IMG/VR virus record: IMGVR_UViG_3300014656_000022
Span: 1 to 64,000 of that record
Reading direction: 5' to 3' (one strand)
Origin: a virus
Taxonomy: Duplodnaviria; Caudoviricetes
Length of the DNA: 64,000 nt
Part shown: piece by piece, positions 20,017 through 30,957 of the stretch
Position numbering within the stretch: the stretch's first letter is position 1
Layout of the letters: the number at the start of each line of letters is the position of its first letter
Made by a program: the position numbers and the translations under genes
Notes under the pieces: model-generated
Seen by the model: the letters and a program-made list of their open reading frames with translations, nothing else
Database searches by the model: none
What the model was told of the DNA's origin: nothing

Positions 20017-20904
20017 TTATGGTCCATAAGTACTTGGAAAAACTGACAATAATTCGTTAACTACAAAAGCTCCTAGTTCTGTAGGAAGTCCAAGTTCTTC
20101 TTCTGTAGTGATTCTAAACAACTTTCTCTTGAAGTCATCTGATTGTAAGTTGTGTATGATTACTGGACTCGCTCTAACAATAAACTCATCGTTTCTATAT
20201 TGGTAGCGCACAACCGATCCAGAATCAGGGACAGAAGTCGTGAGGATAATACCATCTTCGAGGTTCACATAGTATTGTCCACTATGTCTCAAGTCGGTTT
20301 CTATGTAGACTCTTTCGCTTAGGCTTGTAGAACTAACAGAAACAGTTCCTGCGACAAGATTCTCATTCTCTAACTTAACTAGAGCCCCTCTACCACTAAT
20401 ATCTTCTGAGGTTATTAGTGGGACGGAGGTTTGATTAAAGATTGTCATCGACCTGTCTTGCTCATTAACTCCGGAAAACAGAGTAGCTGTAAAGTAACTA
20501 GTTCCATTAATCTGGTCTACTAGCTCTTCGATAGTCCAAGCTCCTCCATCTAAATCATATCTATCTAATTCTAAGAGGACTATTCCTTCCCCATAGTCAC
20601 TATAGAGAGTACACTTTGTTTCTTCAAAGGTAATAGCCGGGAAGGTGAGAACTGGAACTCCGGATCCTGAAAGAACCGGTTCAACAGTCATTGTGTTCGA
20701 GATGGATAGACCTAACTCTCTAGTAATACCATTAATGAGTCCATGATAAGATGACCCAGCTCTATTAATAAATATGTCTAGAAGTCTTTGTTTATACTCG
20801 GGATTTCTTTCTTCCTCTAATCTTTTGAGACCAAGAAGAAGACCCTGCTTATCAAATTCGTTATAAACAGCATGAGCCTCTGGTACGAGAAGAACGTTAG
20901 TCAT
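20017..20904 (-). CDS. Baseplate wedge protein (295 aa)
   Basis: LGLKRL.EE.N.EYKQRLL motif typical of wedge subunits; gene context. Confidence 0.55.
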   Translation of the reverse strand: MTNVLLVPEAHAVYNEFDKQGLLLGLKRLEEERNPEYKQRLLDIFINRAGSSYHGLINGITRELGLSISNTMTVEPVLSGSGVPVLTFPAITFEETKCTLYSDYGEGIVLLELDRYDLDGGAWTIEELVDQINGTSYFTATLFSGVNEQDRSMTIFNQTSVPLITSEDISGRGALVKLENENLVAGTVSVSSTSLSERVYIETDLRHSGQYYVNLEDGIILTTSVPDSGSVVRYQYRNDEFIVRASPVIIHNLQSDDFKRKLFRITTEEELGLPTELGAFVVNELLSVFPSTYGP

Positions 20905-22495
20905 TGTTTATACTTACCTGAGTGTATGGTTCCTTAAAGTAAATTATTTTGTTCTTATAGTCAACGAGCATTTGGTCTGTATGAAAATCGAGCTGATAGA
21001 AAGTATCAGATGTCTTGATCCATAGCTTCTGATTTGAGTCAAAGTCCATTCCTAAAATGGGATTAGATATAATATCACTGATGTCTATAGAACAAACTGG
21101 AAGCTTATAGTTGACTGAGACTATTACGCGATCTTTATGAGTTGTTCCATCATCTAAGTCTACTTCTAGAGCTAGTAGATATTCTCCTCGCTCGCCAGCA
21201 GAGATAGTTATCTCGCCTTCTATTTCTCTTCCTAATTCTCCTCCTGTTACCCAAAAGTCTGAACTCCAAGCTACAGGAGACCCATTCAATAACCCATACT
21301 TAACTCCTCCTGGAGTTTGATACCAAACACGATATCTATTGATTTCCTGGAGTGCTCTTGCATGCCAAGGAAGAAAGACTATATCCTCTCCATAGAGGAC
21401 CCATCGAGGTTCTATGTCTATTCTGACATAGGACCCAGGAGTTCTATCTCTAAGGAAAGAGATACCACTTACCATATCGGCTTCAGCTTCATAACAATAT
21501 AGTTGTCCGCTGCTTGAAATAGCCCAGGCTCTACTAGTAAATGGTTGAATTACCATATCTACAAGGGAGACAGGATTATAATTTGAGTCCAATAGCTCCC
21601 AAGCTTCTTCTACATATTTATCTGTCATTCCAAGAATGAGCTGTTCCCATTCGTCCGTAATATATCTAATACGTTCTAACGAAGAGCCTTCAGAGGCCCA
21701 CCCTAATCCCCAGAACTCGTCTATCTTTCTGCGCATATCAGAATAGGCTGTATTCCAAAAGTCTATTCTATCTGTTGCATTAAAGTTAGCAGATTTGACT
21801 GTAAGGATTACATCATCTTCTATATCATGTGCTTCTATCTTCTCTATTGTCTTCCATTCTTTTTCAGTGTGCTGGGTCATATCCCATGGGAAAACGAGAG
21901 TCTCAGCATCTTCCTGCCCTCGTTTAGTTGTTCCTCTTACTGTTACCCTTCCCCTATATAGATTAGCATCTTCAACTCTAAGGTATTGAGATCCACCGCT
22001 AGCAGTAACCCAAAGCCATCCTCCATCGTCTAGATGATGTTCCCAGTCTCCTTCTATGCCAACTCCAGATGCTGTAAAGCTAAGTAGTTCATAATCTATG
22101 TTAGTTATAGAGTCTCCTAGAGTTACTCTAGAAGGGAGAGAGTTATACCATAGCTCCTCCAAGCTATTTAGGCTTGCCTGAGTAACCGAGAGCCATGATC
22201 CGTCTATATAGCCACTTACTGTAGGAGCTATCTCCTGGTCTACAGCTGGATCAGATGTATCTACTGTAAAGGAGAATGTAGTAGGAAGTGTTACCTTGTA
22301 GAGAAGGTCTATCTCGTTTAGGTTAGCAGTTAATAGATATTGGTTATGCTTACTTCTAATGAGGCTCCTATCCATATATTCGAGAGTCTTCCCAAATGCA
22401 TTTAAGAAGGTGAACCCTACAGATTGTTCGTGTCTTACCCTCGTTTCTGGGGGGTAGATATTTACTAAGTCTCGTGTGGCATTGCTTTTCTTCAT
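20897..22495 (-). CDS. Baseplate wedge protein (532 aa)
   Basis: Immediately follows baseplate-J-like gene; overlapping coupling. Confidence 0.55.
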   Translation of the reverse strand: MKKSNATRDLVNIYPPETRVRHEQSVGFTFLNAFGKTLEYMDRSLIRSKHNQYLLTANLNEIDLLYKVTLPTTFSFTVDTSDPAVDQEIAPTVSGYIDGSWLSVTQASLNSLEELWYNSLPSRVTLGDSITNIDYELLSFTASGVGIEGDWEHHLDDGGWLWVTASGGSQYLRVEDANLYRGRVTVRGTTKRGQEDAETLVFPWDMTQHTEKEWKTIEKIEAHDIEDDVILTVKSANFNATDRIDFWNTAYSDMRRKIDEFWGLGWASEGSSLERIRYITDEWEQLILGMTDKYVEEAWELLDSNYNPVSLVDMVIQPFTSRAWAISSSGQLYCYEAEADMVSGISFLRDRTPGSYVRIDIEPRWVLYGEDIVFLPWHARALQEINRYRVWYQTPGGVKYGLLNGSPVAWSSDFWVTGGELGREIEGEITISAGERGEYLLALEVDLDDGTTHKDRVIVSVNYKLPVCSIDISDIISNPILGMDFDSNQKLWIKTSDTFYQLDFHTDQMLVDYKNKIIYFKEPYTQVSINND

Positions 22496-23716
22496 TTACA
22501 CACTGCGAAATAAAATAGGAGTAGCTCCTGCATATACATTCTCTACGAGTAGCTTCTCATCCTCATCTGGATCATAGTCTCCCAATAGTATCTCTCTTAC
22601 CTTATTGTCCTCTAGAGTACTTGGTTTATGTAAGTATATTTTATCAAATGGTTGATTAGCAACACCAATATTTTTAATTTCGTCTGAGGTTGACATGACT
22701 CTCTCCACTCCCTCATTGACAATAAAGTCCTCTGAGATATCAAGGTTATTAATATAATCAATCACATTTTGAGTAACTGCATTGATAATATTGTTCTTAT
22801 CTGTAGTAGATATAGCTCTCTTGAAGGTTAAGGTTCCTATGAGAGACATCCCTGTCTCTATTGGTCCCCGAACATTGGTTACAATCCCCTGTGCAGCAAC
22901 TTTAGAAACAGCTTCTGATACCATAGCAATTAGTGAATCAGAAACAGTAGGAGTTGAGGCCTTTACTAGGACATCAAACGATCCTATACCCTTGAAATAA
23001 GGAATGATTATTACATCTGATATACCGGGGACTACTAAGGCAGCTAGTCTCACAGCAATAAGATTAGCTTGTTCTGATGAGACTACTTGATTTGCTATGC
23101 GATAACGATAGTTTGCGGCTGATTCTATTCCTCGTCCAGAAGATATTTCAGATACGTTTCTTACTTTGAGAGAATCATTGAATGAGTCTACATAGTCTGT
23201 AAAGTCATGATATCTAAGCTGGTTTGCTCCAATATTGCTCGTGGTCCCAGTTCTGATTGCTTCTACTGAGACATATGCTTCACGAGAATCGAGTAAGAGA
23301 TATGTAGCATTTGTTACTCTAAACTGAAGACCAGTACCACTGGTCCCTGTAGAAATGATTTGTCCAGCGGGAATGAGGATAGAGCTTCCTCCATTAATGT
23401 CTCCAAAGTAACCTGTGTCTACATAGAATTGTACAACTTTCTGAGATGAGGTAGCACTAGCTGGGATTTCTCCTAACTGAGGAACACCCATCATTGCGCC
23501 AATATAGCTCAGATACCTTCCTTCTGCCCCGTTCAAGAAAGCTTGGACATAGTTCTGATCGAATTGAGACCAGAGTTTTCCAAGCTTCTTTGAAAAAGCC
23601 TGAGCAAAAGCTCTCGTCTTACTACCAGGAGATGTCCTAGTAATATTAGTATTATTTACTACATCATAGAGAATTTCCCCAAGGATTCTTTCTTCAGACA
23701 GAGCAAAGACTGGCAT
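22496..23716 (-). CDS. Baseplate J-like wedge protein (T4 gp6/P2 gpJ family)
   Basis: LSYIGAMMGVP...A.A.S...FRV...VEAIRTGTTSNIGA...SGRGIESAANYRYRI...VPGISDV...GSFDVLV: typical gpJ pattern. Confidence 0.9.
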   Translation of the reverse strand: MPVFALSEERILGEILYDVVNNTNITRTSPGSKTRAFAQAFSKKLGKLWSQFDQNYVQAFLNGAEGRYLSYIGAMMGVPQLGEIPASATSSQKVVQFYVDTGYFGDINGGSSILIPAGQIISTGTSGTGLQFRVTNATYLLLDSREAYVSVEAIRTGTTSNIGANQLRYHDFTDYVDSFNDSLKVRNVSEISSGRGIESAANYRYRIANQVVSSEQANLIAVRLAALVVPGISDVIIIPYFKGIGSFDVLVKASTPTVSDSLIAMVSEAVSKVAAQGIVTNVRGPIETGMSLIGTLTFKRAISTTDKNNIINAVTQNVIDYINNLDISEDFIVNEGVERVMSTSDEIKNIGVANQPFDKIYLHKPSTLEDNKVREILLGDYDPDEDEKLLVENVYAGATPILFRSV

Positions 23717-24195
23717 TAGTAAATATCTCCTGTAGCAACTCTTGGCAACAGATTAGGAAGTACCATTACACTATGTTCTATTGTATCAAAAGCAAGGGTT
23801 ACAGTTAAGCTATCTCCTGGAACTAACCTATTATTAGCAGTAGCAAGTGTAAGGACCTGAATCATAATCATAACCCTATATATACCTATTGGAGTTACTC
23901 TAACAGATATCTCCTCTGGCCTAACAATACCTGCTGCAATTAGTTGATATTTAACCCTATTTTCTATACTCTTTCCCGTCTCCCTGGTATTAGCTTCTCC
24001 GACATAATCAGAAAGCTGACATCCAAGAGTTGGGTCTTTCTCCCAGTCAAGTAAAGAAGCTTTAGATATCGTAGCAATCTCGTTTTCCAGGGAACGTAAA
24101 TGGTCATCACTAGTATCACCAATATCACCGTCATATCCTACGACATAGTCATCTTCCCACGTCCAGTCGAGGTCTACTGTATCGAGATTTCCCAT
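23716..24195 (-). CDS. gp25-like baseplate wedge/sheath initiator
   Basis: GDIG...D.L...I...S...DW...PTLG..LSDYVGE.N....G..I pattern; directly upstream of baseplate J. Confidence 0.8.
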   Translation of the reverse strand: MGNLDTVDLDWTWEDDYVVGYDGDIGDTSDDHLRSLENEIATISKASLLDWEKDPTLGCQLSDYVGEANTRETGKSIENRVKYQLIAAGIVRPEEISVRVTPIGIYRVMIMIQVLTLATANNRLVPGDSLTVTLAFDTIEHSVMVLPNLLPRVATGDIY

Positions 24196-24218
24196 CTATC
24201 TGGACCTCCAATCACATT

Positions 24219-24557
24219 TTATCCTAAGGCTGCTATAAAGACAGGAAGAGAGTCTAATACTGTTGTGAGCATAGCTAATGGTGGATATGGAACCAACTGA
24301 GGAGCAGGGGTAACTAGAGTAGTTGGAATCATTTGAGAGAAGTCATTAATATGAGTAAAGATTCCTGCTTGTCTCTCATTCTCGCCAAGAGTCTGTTTAT
24401 GGATAGACTCCCCAGCAATGGTGGTTCCAGTAGCATCTACAGATACAAAGTTATCTTGAGATCCAACTATTGCTACGGCAGATGGAGTTATAACAATTCC
24501 AGCTGTGCTGTTCCTGTCTACTTTCCAAATTTGATAATCCTTCTTATTATCAGTCAT
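24219..24557 (-). CDS. Small baseplate spike-associated protein (about 112 aa)
   Basis: ATG 24557 overlaps upstream stop (ATGA) with GGAGG SD; beta-strand-rich N-half. Confidence 0.5.
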   Translation of the reverse strand: MTDNKKDYQIWKVDRNSTAGIVITPSAVAIVGSQDNFVSVDATGTTIAGESIHKQTLGENERQAGIFTHINDFSQMIPTTLVTPAPQLVPYPPLAMLTTVLDSLPVFIAALG

Positions 24558-24964
24558 CTTGGCCACCCTCCACCGCTCAGCATTTTAAAATGATTATGAT
24601 CTATGTCATTCTCTTCTGCTTGTTTCTTAGAGAAAATCATTTCCTTTCCAAGGATTTCAACATAGTATACATGTCTGGCACTAACCTTCCCTGTCCAAAA
24701 TGCTCGACAAAACATTCCTGGTCTCAATTGACCCCATCTTCGAAAAACCTCATTGAGTTCTGGGACTACTGCGTGCCAAGCATTTTCTCCTCCTAGTAGT
24801 TCTTCTTTAGCTCCACCAAGAGGTTTTACTTGTACTTGGTTGTAATCGTTAACTTTTGCTACTAAACAATGAGTAATTCGTAGACCGATAGGATCTGGTT
24901 CTCCAGCTTTTGTGTTAACTGACTGAGAATGCTTCTGTTCAGGAGTTCTTGCTACGCCACCCAT
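24554..24964 (-). CDS. Putative baseplate spike OB-fold-like protein (136 aa)
   Basis: Follows the hub; beta-rich; placement where gp5/gpV N-domains normally lie. Family inferred from position only. Confidence 0.4.
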   Translation of the reverse strand: MGGVARTPEQKHSQSVNTKAGEPDPIGLRITHCLVAKVNDYNQVQVKPLGGAKEELLGGENAWHAVVPELNEVFRRWGQLRPGMFCRAFWTGKVSARHVYYVEILGKEMIFSKKQAEENDIDHNHFKMLSGGGWPR

Positions 24965-27900
24965 TATTTTACCCTGCCCTCCACATTACTTGCCCACCAG
25001 CTTCCTTGTGGAGCGAACCAATTATTTGGATCAATCGTATCATAGAAATGATCCAGATATAGAGGAGTGCTTTCATTGGCATCCTTAAACCATCTTCCTA
25101 TACCTTGAATCCAACTACCGTCATTTCTCTTAGTTGGAAGTCCTCCAATAAGAGGTTTCCCTTGGAGAACGAGTGGAGAATAATGGAATAGGTGAGCCAA
25201 TTGAGACCTACTTGTCAACTTTCTGAAAATGAATGTTCCAAGAAGACCATGAGTATTAATAGGATTCCCAACAGAGTTATCCACAGAGTCACTCATAGAA
25301 CTTGCCATACTAAGCGTAGAAAGCCCCATTCCACCTATAGGAGCAGTTACAACTGAGAGAACATCTCCCATGTGACTAGCAGCTGTTACTAATCCAGCTG
25401 TTAATGTATCTCCTTTTATATTCTTACTTACTTCACCAAGAGCCATTCTAGCTCCTGCTCCTCCCATTAAAGTAGCCCCAATTCCAGGAAGAGACTGCAT
25501 ATTAATCCCTTTCATTGCAGCCTCAGCTACGAGACCCATAACATCTTGTGTAGCCATGGTAACTATCTCATTGACGTGAATACACATAGCAGGAATAATT
25601 TCTGTAACAAATCCGTGTTGTTGAGAAAATCTATGAACAACTTGTTCTACCTCAACTGGGCCCCACATGTCGTTATACTCATCTGCGATATAGACAATAT
25701 CATATGGACGAATCTTAGGATTACCCATAAGGATAAGAGAACCTCTATATCCTTCTTTGAGGCTCTCTTTTAATAATGCAGTGCAATATCTCTTTGCCAT
25801 CTCCCAACCGACACAGTTTGGATATTGGGCAAAGATTTCTCTCTTTTCTTCATCTGGAATTCCAGCATCACACATGAGAGTAAATGTCTGAGCATCATCG
25901 AATTCAATTTGTCCAGTTTCTTCATTAACCTCTGCTCCATCGTCGTCATATTGAAGAGTAACTGTATTAAAAGTATTCCAAAAGGTGGAAGAGATTCTAT
26001 TATCGATAATGTTACAAGTGCTACTAGCTAAATGATAGGACCTAAAGGGCTTAATAATCCCTCTGTCTTTTGCATATAGTCTCACATTTCTCTCTGTCCA
26101 GATCTTGAGAAGTTCTTTATTTATACTCTCTGCCCGTACAAGGTCCTGAGAGATTTTAGCTCGTCTATCTGTCTCTCTTAAAATGGCTACAGCAGATCCA
26201 CCTCGTGCATCAGCAACAGCATTTTTAGTCGCTTCAGATGGTTCTTTATTTGGGTCTGTTGCCTCTGCTGCTACTTTAGCAGTCTCATCTTTAGAATTTG
26301 CTACCTGTTCCTTTAGTTGTTCTGCTTCAGACTTCTCTTCTGTAGTTGGATCCCGCGCAAAATAGAATTGGTCTGGAACCCCGAAGAACATAGTCATACG
26401 AGGTCCATATTCACCTTCATATGGGACAGGCCTACTAATCCATCCAGGATGCCTATATGTCATCTCCTGGAATACATCCCAAATAGTAGTGTTATACATG
26501 ACGAAAGGAACAGATCCACCATCGAACAATCCCAAGAGTCCTCTATTTCCAGTCGGAGCAAAGATATTGTCATCCTGTGGTTGTTTACTCCAAGTATATC
26601 TACTGGTAAGCAAACTTCTGAAAGTATCGCCAAGAGACCCTTCCCCTAATTCCCATCGACCAAAATGAGCTACTTCTGGGGCAGCTATTAAATTCTCTAA
26701 AATATCAGATGTCCTGCCAGATTTTGTATACCATCCACCAAACTCTTTTACATCTCCGTAGATATTTTGAGCTAGCTCGATTGCAAAGCTTTGACAGGTA
26801 ATTTGAACTAAATCTTCTGCACCTGAGAACTGAACATCTGTGATTACCCCATTAATAACTGTCTCTAACTCTTGAGGATTATTATTGAAACCAAGACGAA
26901 GTTGCATTTGAGTTCCAGGTTGAAGCATGAGAGAGGCTATATTGTTCTCTTTTAAAGGATCTTCTATAGCAAATTTTCCACCAGGGTCTCTAGCTCTCTC
27001 CTGATTAGCGTCTCCTTTAAACTTCCTATTTGAGAGGACTCCTGAGATGTTCGTTAGAGTAATCATTACCAAATCGGCAGGAATCTTTGAACTTTGAATG
27101 ACCTGTATGTCTACTACCTGACTATATGAATAGAAGTCATCAAAGGCATACTTTTTTCTTTCCCCCAAATCACTTTCGATAAAGTAGAGCTTAAATGTAG
27201 GATATGCACGCATGAGTGAATACCCCTGATCATTTATCATCTCCTTTTCAAATTGGTCGATACTACGAGTCAGGAGACTTTCATTAGCTGGATCTATATC
27301 ATTGACTGGGCCAAGAGATTTTAACTCAAAGCCTTGAAGAGCCAATTCTGGATCCATTGTATATTCGATATTATTCTTTCTAATTTCAAAATGAAGATGG
27401 GCACCGGCAGAATAGCCTGTATTCCCTACTAATCCTATAACCTCCCCTTGGCTAATAGGGAGAGGGTTTTGTCCAGCAAAAGACTCATTCCCTAGTTCTC
27501 CACCGTGAAAAAGAAGAGACAGTCTCTGAATATATGGTTCCCACTGCATATGTTTGTAGACAGTGTAATATCCATTTGGGTGCCTAATATGAACTTCTAC
27601 AGTTGTTTCTATTGGTTTATTTCCTATTTTGTCTCCAACCTTGTCGTTAGGATTCCTTTTGAATAAAGGGTCTCCCTCTCTATAGGTATGCTCACTTTGT
27701 TTGAAGTCCTTGGTAATGAATACAATTTCTCCATCAGCTGCAGCTCTGACCTGCATTTTCTTTGTTTCTTCTGCGCCTAAAGAATGAGCAATATCAATCC
27801 CACTATGAGGCTTGCTGGAAATACCGCCTCTGATTTCTTTATAATGAGAAGTAATCTTAGAAGTAGGTCTTGGAACATCAACAGGCCAAGCCCAGATTGG

Positions 27901-30900
27901 CATCTCACTTGCCTTTACAAGCTCTGTAGGTTGATAGTAGCTCTCCGGTTGACGGTTTAAACAATCAAGAGACATATTATGCTTACAGGCTCCAGCAGAT
28001 GGAGATGCAAGAGGTTGAGCTTGTTTTCTCCCGGCGCCAGTAATATTGTAGATATCTCTAGCCAGCTCAATAGCTGGAATTGTAATGGGGAGAAGGTCTC
28101 CTAATCCTGTTTGAAGTCTTGCGTAAACCGCAGAAGGGATTATCTCTCCATCAAAATCGTTTGGTTGAATCAATCCATTATCTTTCTCTGCCCGATTCTG
28201 AAGTTCTAATTCTAAGGCCTTAGTATCTTCTCTTTCCAGTCGTGCATCTTGTTTGAGCTTCTGGTCAGCTTGCATTAGACCCGTACCCCAAGTCCGAGTT
28301 ACCACATCCCCCCGAATTCGATTCTTTTTCTGCTGACCAAGAATCTTTTCTTCGTAGACACTTTCTAACCAACTCTTAGTTGCTTTGAGTCTCACATCTC
28401 CCTGTGATGTCTGAATTGCGTTCTTAGCAGCTTCAATGATGGACCCATCTACGATAGACCCTTTTATTTCTGCGGGGTTATAGAGATAGAAATCTGGTTG
28501 TATTAGAGCAGCAGCAGATAGATTCCTGAGACCTAAATTCTGCTTAGCAGCCATCTCTACAAGTGAGTCATTGAGTGTAGGATATTCAGCTTCTATGATA
28601 TCTAATATCCCGTCCATTGGAAAATCAGGATAGGCATTACCACCAGAAGATACACCAAAGTTATTGAGAGCATCTCTTATGTCTTTCATTTGGTCGAGCT
28701 GGATTAGACTAGACCTAAGAAGCTGAAGTAGAAAGTTATTAATCCAGTCATTCCAGTCAGCAAATGCAGCTGTCAGGAAGTCATATAAAAGAGGAGTATG
28801 TTCCTTACGAAAGGTGCTCCTAATTTCCTCTAGAGCCTTAGCTCTATCTCCGCTTATTGGTCCTGTAGCTTCTACATAGAGGTCAAGAATTTCTGGAGTC
28901 TGTCTAGCAGTTTCAAGAAGACCACTATCTCCTAAGAGAGCACTATTACCAAAAGCCCCAGGACCATATTCTGCCAGCTCAGCAAAAGCCTTGTCAGACC
29001 AGCTGAGTTCGGATTCTCCATTGGATCCCTTCTTTTGAAGAAAAGCAATATCATCTTGTGTCCCCTTGCTCTGAACAAAGACGTTGTATGTATCATCTTG
29101 GAATACATCTACTCCTATTACATCCTTGTTATCTAAGAGAAAAAGGCTAAATAGTCCTCCTAAAACAGATGAGAACTTATTCCCAGTTATACCTATATTA
29201 GTATTGAGTACATTCCATAATTCAGAAAGAGTAGTACCCATTTTGCTAGCAAGATACATACAGGTCTTCCATAGCATATAATCCTGTTTACTTTGCAATC
29301 CGTTGACCTTATAAACATCTGCTTTCTGATTAAAACGAAGTCTAGAAAACTCAGTGTCTGTACTCAAAAAACTGGGGACATCTGCTTCTATCGACGCTCG
29401 CGTTTTTATACTCAATCTTCCGTTCTCGTTTGTAACAGCACTCTTATCAAACTTGATATAGCTCATTAGCTTCTTAAATAAAAGTCTATGCACATCCCCT
29501 TTGCTAGTAATGGACTGTCCAGGAACTAATTGCTCGCGTGTGGAAGAAGTAACTGGATTATCTATTAGAGTTAAAACAGCAGAATAGGTTCCTGGTTGAC
29601 CCTTAACTGTATCTATAGAGATATTCTCAAGGATAAACTCTTGCAGTCCACATGCGTTTATTAAGTTATTTACAACATTTACGTTTCTCAATCCAACAGG
29701 GACTCGTCTAAACTTTCTAGCCGTATCCTCATACATAGAATAGAAGTTAGAAATAGATTTAATTGAACTCTCATGAGTTGTCATCAAAGAGATTGATACA
29801 ACCCCGTCTATACTCCCAATGTGTTGATATGTAGGATAGGGATGACCAAGGAGAGGTATTCTGGCAAGAGTATTATCAAATGAAATTGATATTCCTACTG
29901 GAATGAATCCAGCATCTTCCAAATTCAGAGGAACAGTTCTCTTCATGAGAACTTGGACAGGCTCTGTATGCACTCCTTCTGCAGGTTCTTTGAAAAGAGT
30001 ATCTATCCCTAGTTTACTTTCTACTATAGTAGGCTTACCAGTAGAATCCTGTATTGCTATGGGTGACCAGTCTTCACTCTGGTTCATGAGACTATCTAAT
30101 CCAGCTAATTCCTCCTCCCGCGCAGATAGAAGACCAGTTATAACTTTAGAGACTGAATCTGTATTAACATCTTCTCCCATAGATGTAGTTGACCCAAAGT
30201 CATCAGCCTTTAGGGGAATACCCTGTTTCTTTGCTTGTTTAGCTAATTCCTCTGCCATATCTGGAGCTACTCCAGACCATTCTGACCTACCACCTTCAAT
30301 ATCTTCTAATTGGTTGATTAGGGTTCTCAGAGTCTTTACATCTGCGTCAACCTTCTGATATCTCTTCCTGTCAAAGAGAGCAAATTCAGTTAGAGATAAC
30401 TCTGTCTTATTAGCTAATTGATAAGTGCGAATATATAGCTCTCTGTTACCAGACTTCCTTGCTTGCTCAGCCAGATAGAGAGTTCTCCATGCTCTACTAT
30501 CAGAAGGATCTAAAACAGGAATTGGGCTAAGTAGGTCTCTCTTGTATAGCCACTGTCTCATATAAGGTTGATAGTTGAACCAAACCGTGTTGAGGGATAA
30601 TTGAATTATATCTGTGCTATCTCCAACTTTTTGGATTTCCAATTGCTGGAGAGCAAGAACCATCTGGGTTTCTTGATTTCCGCCGAGAATAGAATTCCTA
30701 AGAAACTGGTTATCTACATACACAAAAGGAGTAACTCTAATTTGGCTAACAAAATCAGTTAGTTTAGGAAGGTCTTTTTCTACTAGATAAATAACTATAT
30801 GAACTCTAATCTCAGAGAACCCAGATCGAAGCTTCTGAGACGAACGAGTGCGTAGAGTTTGCCAAAAGTTATTATAGCTCTTTCTCTCTATATGTATCTG

Positions 30901-30957
30901 GTCAGGTGGGACAGTGAATGTTAGATCATTCAGCTTTAGAGTCCCTGTATCTGTCAC
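24964..30957 (-). CDS. Baseplate hub/tail lysin megaprotein with M23 zinc metallopeptidase
   Basis: HSGID (27793..27807, aa about 1051) and GNTGYSAGAHLHFEI (HLH at aa about 1187) are M23 HxxxD/HxH motifs; C-half has gp27/gp44 hub-like LRLGF...VINGVIT...ITCQS and GNPKIRPYD.VY..D.YNDM.G..EVEQVVH. Confidence 0.85.
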   Translation of the reverse strand: MTDTGTLKLNDLTFTVPPDQIHIERKSYNNFWQTLRTRSSQKLRSGFSEIRVHIVIYLVEKDLPKLTDFVSQIRVTPFVYVDNQFLRNSILGGNQETQMVLALQQLEIQKVGDSTDIIQLSLNTVWFNYQPYMRQWLYKRDLLSPIPVLDPSDSRAWRTLYLAEQARKSGNRELYIRTYQLANKTELSLTEFALFDRKRYQKVDADVKTLRTLINQLEDIEGGRSEWSGVAPDMAEELAKQAKKQGIPLKADDFGSTTSMGEDVNTDSVSKVITGLLSAREEELAGLDSLMNQSEDWSPIAIQDSTGKPTIVESKLGIDTLFKEPAEGVHTEPVQVLMKRTVPLNLEDAGFIPVGISISFDNTLARIPLLGHPYPTYQHIGSIDGVVSISLMTTHESSIKSISNFYSMYEDTARKFRRVPVGLRNVNVVNNLINACGLQEFILENISIDTVKGQPGTYSAVLTLIDNPVTSSTREQLVPGQSITSKGDVHRLLFKKLMSYIKFDKSAVTNENGRLSIKTRASIEADVPSFLSTDTEFSRLRFNQKADVYKVNGLQSKQDYMLWKTCMYLASKMGTTLSELWNVLNTNIGITGNKFSSVLGGLFSLFLLDNKDVIGVDVFQDDTYNVFVQSKGTQDDIAFLQKKGSNGESELSWSDKAFAELAEYGPGAFGNSALLGDSGLLETARQTPEILDLYVEATGPISGDRAKALEEIRSTFRKEHTPLLYDFLTAAFADWNDWINNFLLQLLRSSLIQLDQMKDIRDALNNFGVSSGGNAYPDFPMDGILDIIEAEYPTLNDSLVEMAAKQNLGLRNLSAAALIQPDFYLYNPAEIKGSIVDGSIIEAAKNAIQTSQGDVRLKATKSWLESVYEEKILGQQKKNRIRGDVVTRTWGTGLMQADQKLKQDARLEREDTKALELELQNRAEKDNGLIQPNDFDGEIIPSAVYARLQTGLGDLLPITIPAIELARDIYNITGAGRKQAQPLASPSAGACKHNMSLDCLNRQPESYYQPTELVKASEMPIWAWPVDVPRPTSKITSHYKEIRGGISSKPHSGIDIAHSLGAEETKKMQVRAAADGEIVFITKDFKQSEHTYREGDPLFKRNPNDKVGDKIGNKPIETTVEVHIRHPNGYYTVYKHMQWEPYIQRLSLLFHGGELGNESFAGQNPLPISQGEVIGLVGNTGYSAGAHLHFEIRKNNIEYTMDPELALQGFELKSLGPVNDIDPANESLLTRSIDQFEKEMINDQGYSLMRAYPTFKLYFIESDLGERKKYAFDDFYSYSQVVDIQVIQSSKIPADLVMITLTNISGVLSNRKFKGDANQERARDPGGKFAIEDPLKENNIASLMLQPGTQMQLRLGFNNNPQELETVINGVITDVQFSGAEDLVQITCQSFAIELAQNIYGDVKEFGGWYTKSGRTSDILENLIAAPEVAHFGRWELGEGSLGDTFRSLLTSRYTWSKQPQDDNIFAPTGNRGLLGLFDGGSVPFVMYNTTIWDVFQEMTYRHPGWISRPVPYEGEYGPRMTMFFGVPDQFYFARDPTTEEKSEAEQLKEQVANSKDETAKVAAEATDPNKEPSEATKNAVADARGGSAVAILRETDRRAKISQDLVRAESINKELLKIWTERNVRLYAKDRGIIKPFRSYHLASSTCNIIDNRISSTFWNTFNTVTLQYDDDGAEVNEETGQIEFDDAQTFTLMCDAGIPDEEKREIFAQYPNCVGWEMAKRYCTALLKESLKEGYRGSLILMGNPKIRPYDIVYIADEYNDMWGPVEVEQVVHRFSQQHGFVTEIIPAMCIHVNEIVTMATQDVMGLVAEAAMKGINMQSLPGIGATLMGGAGARMALGEVSKNIKGDTLTAGLVTAASHMGDVLSVVTAPIGGMGLSTLSMASSMSDSVDNSVGNPINTHGLLGTFIFRKLTSRSQLAHLFHYSPLVLQGKPLIGGLPTKRNDGSWIQGIGRWFKDANESTPLYLDHFYDTIDPNNWFAPQGSWWASNVEGRVK

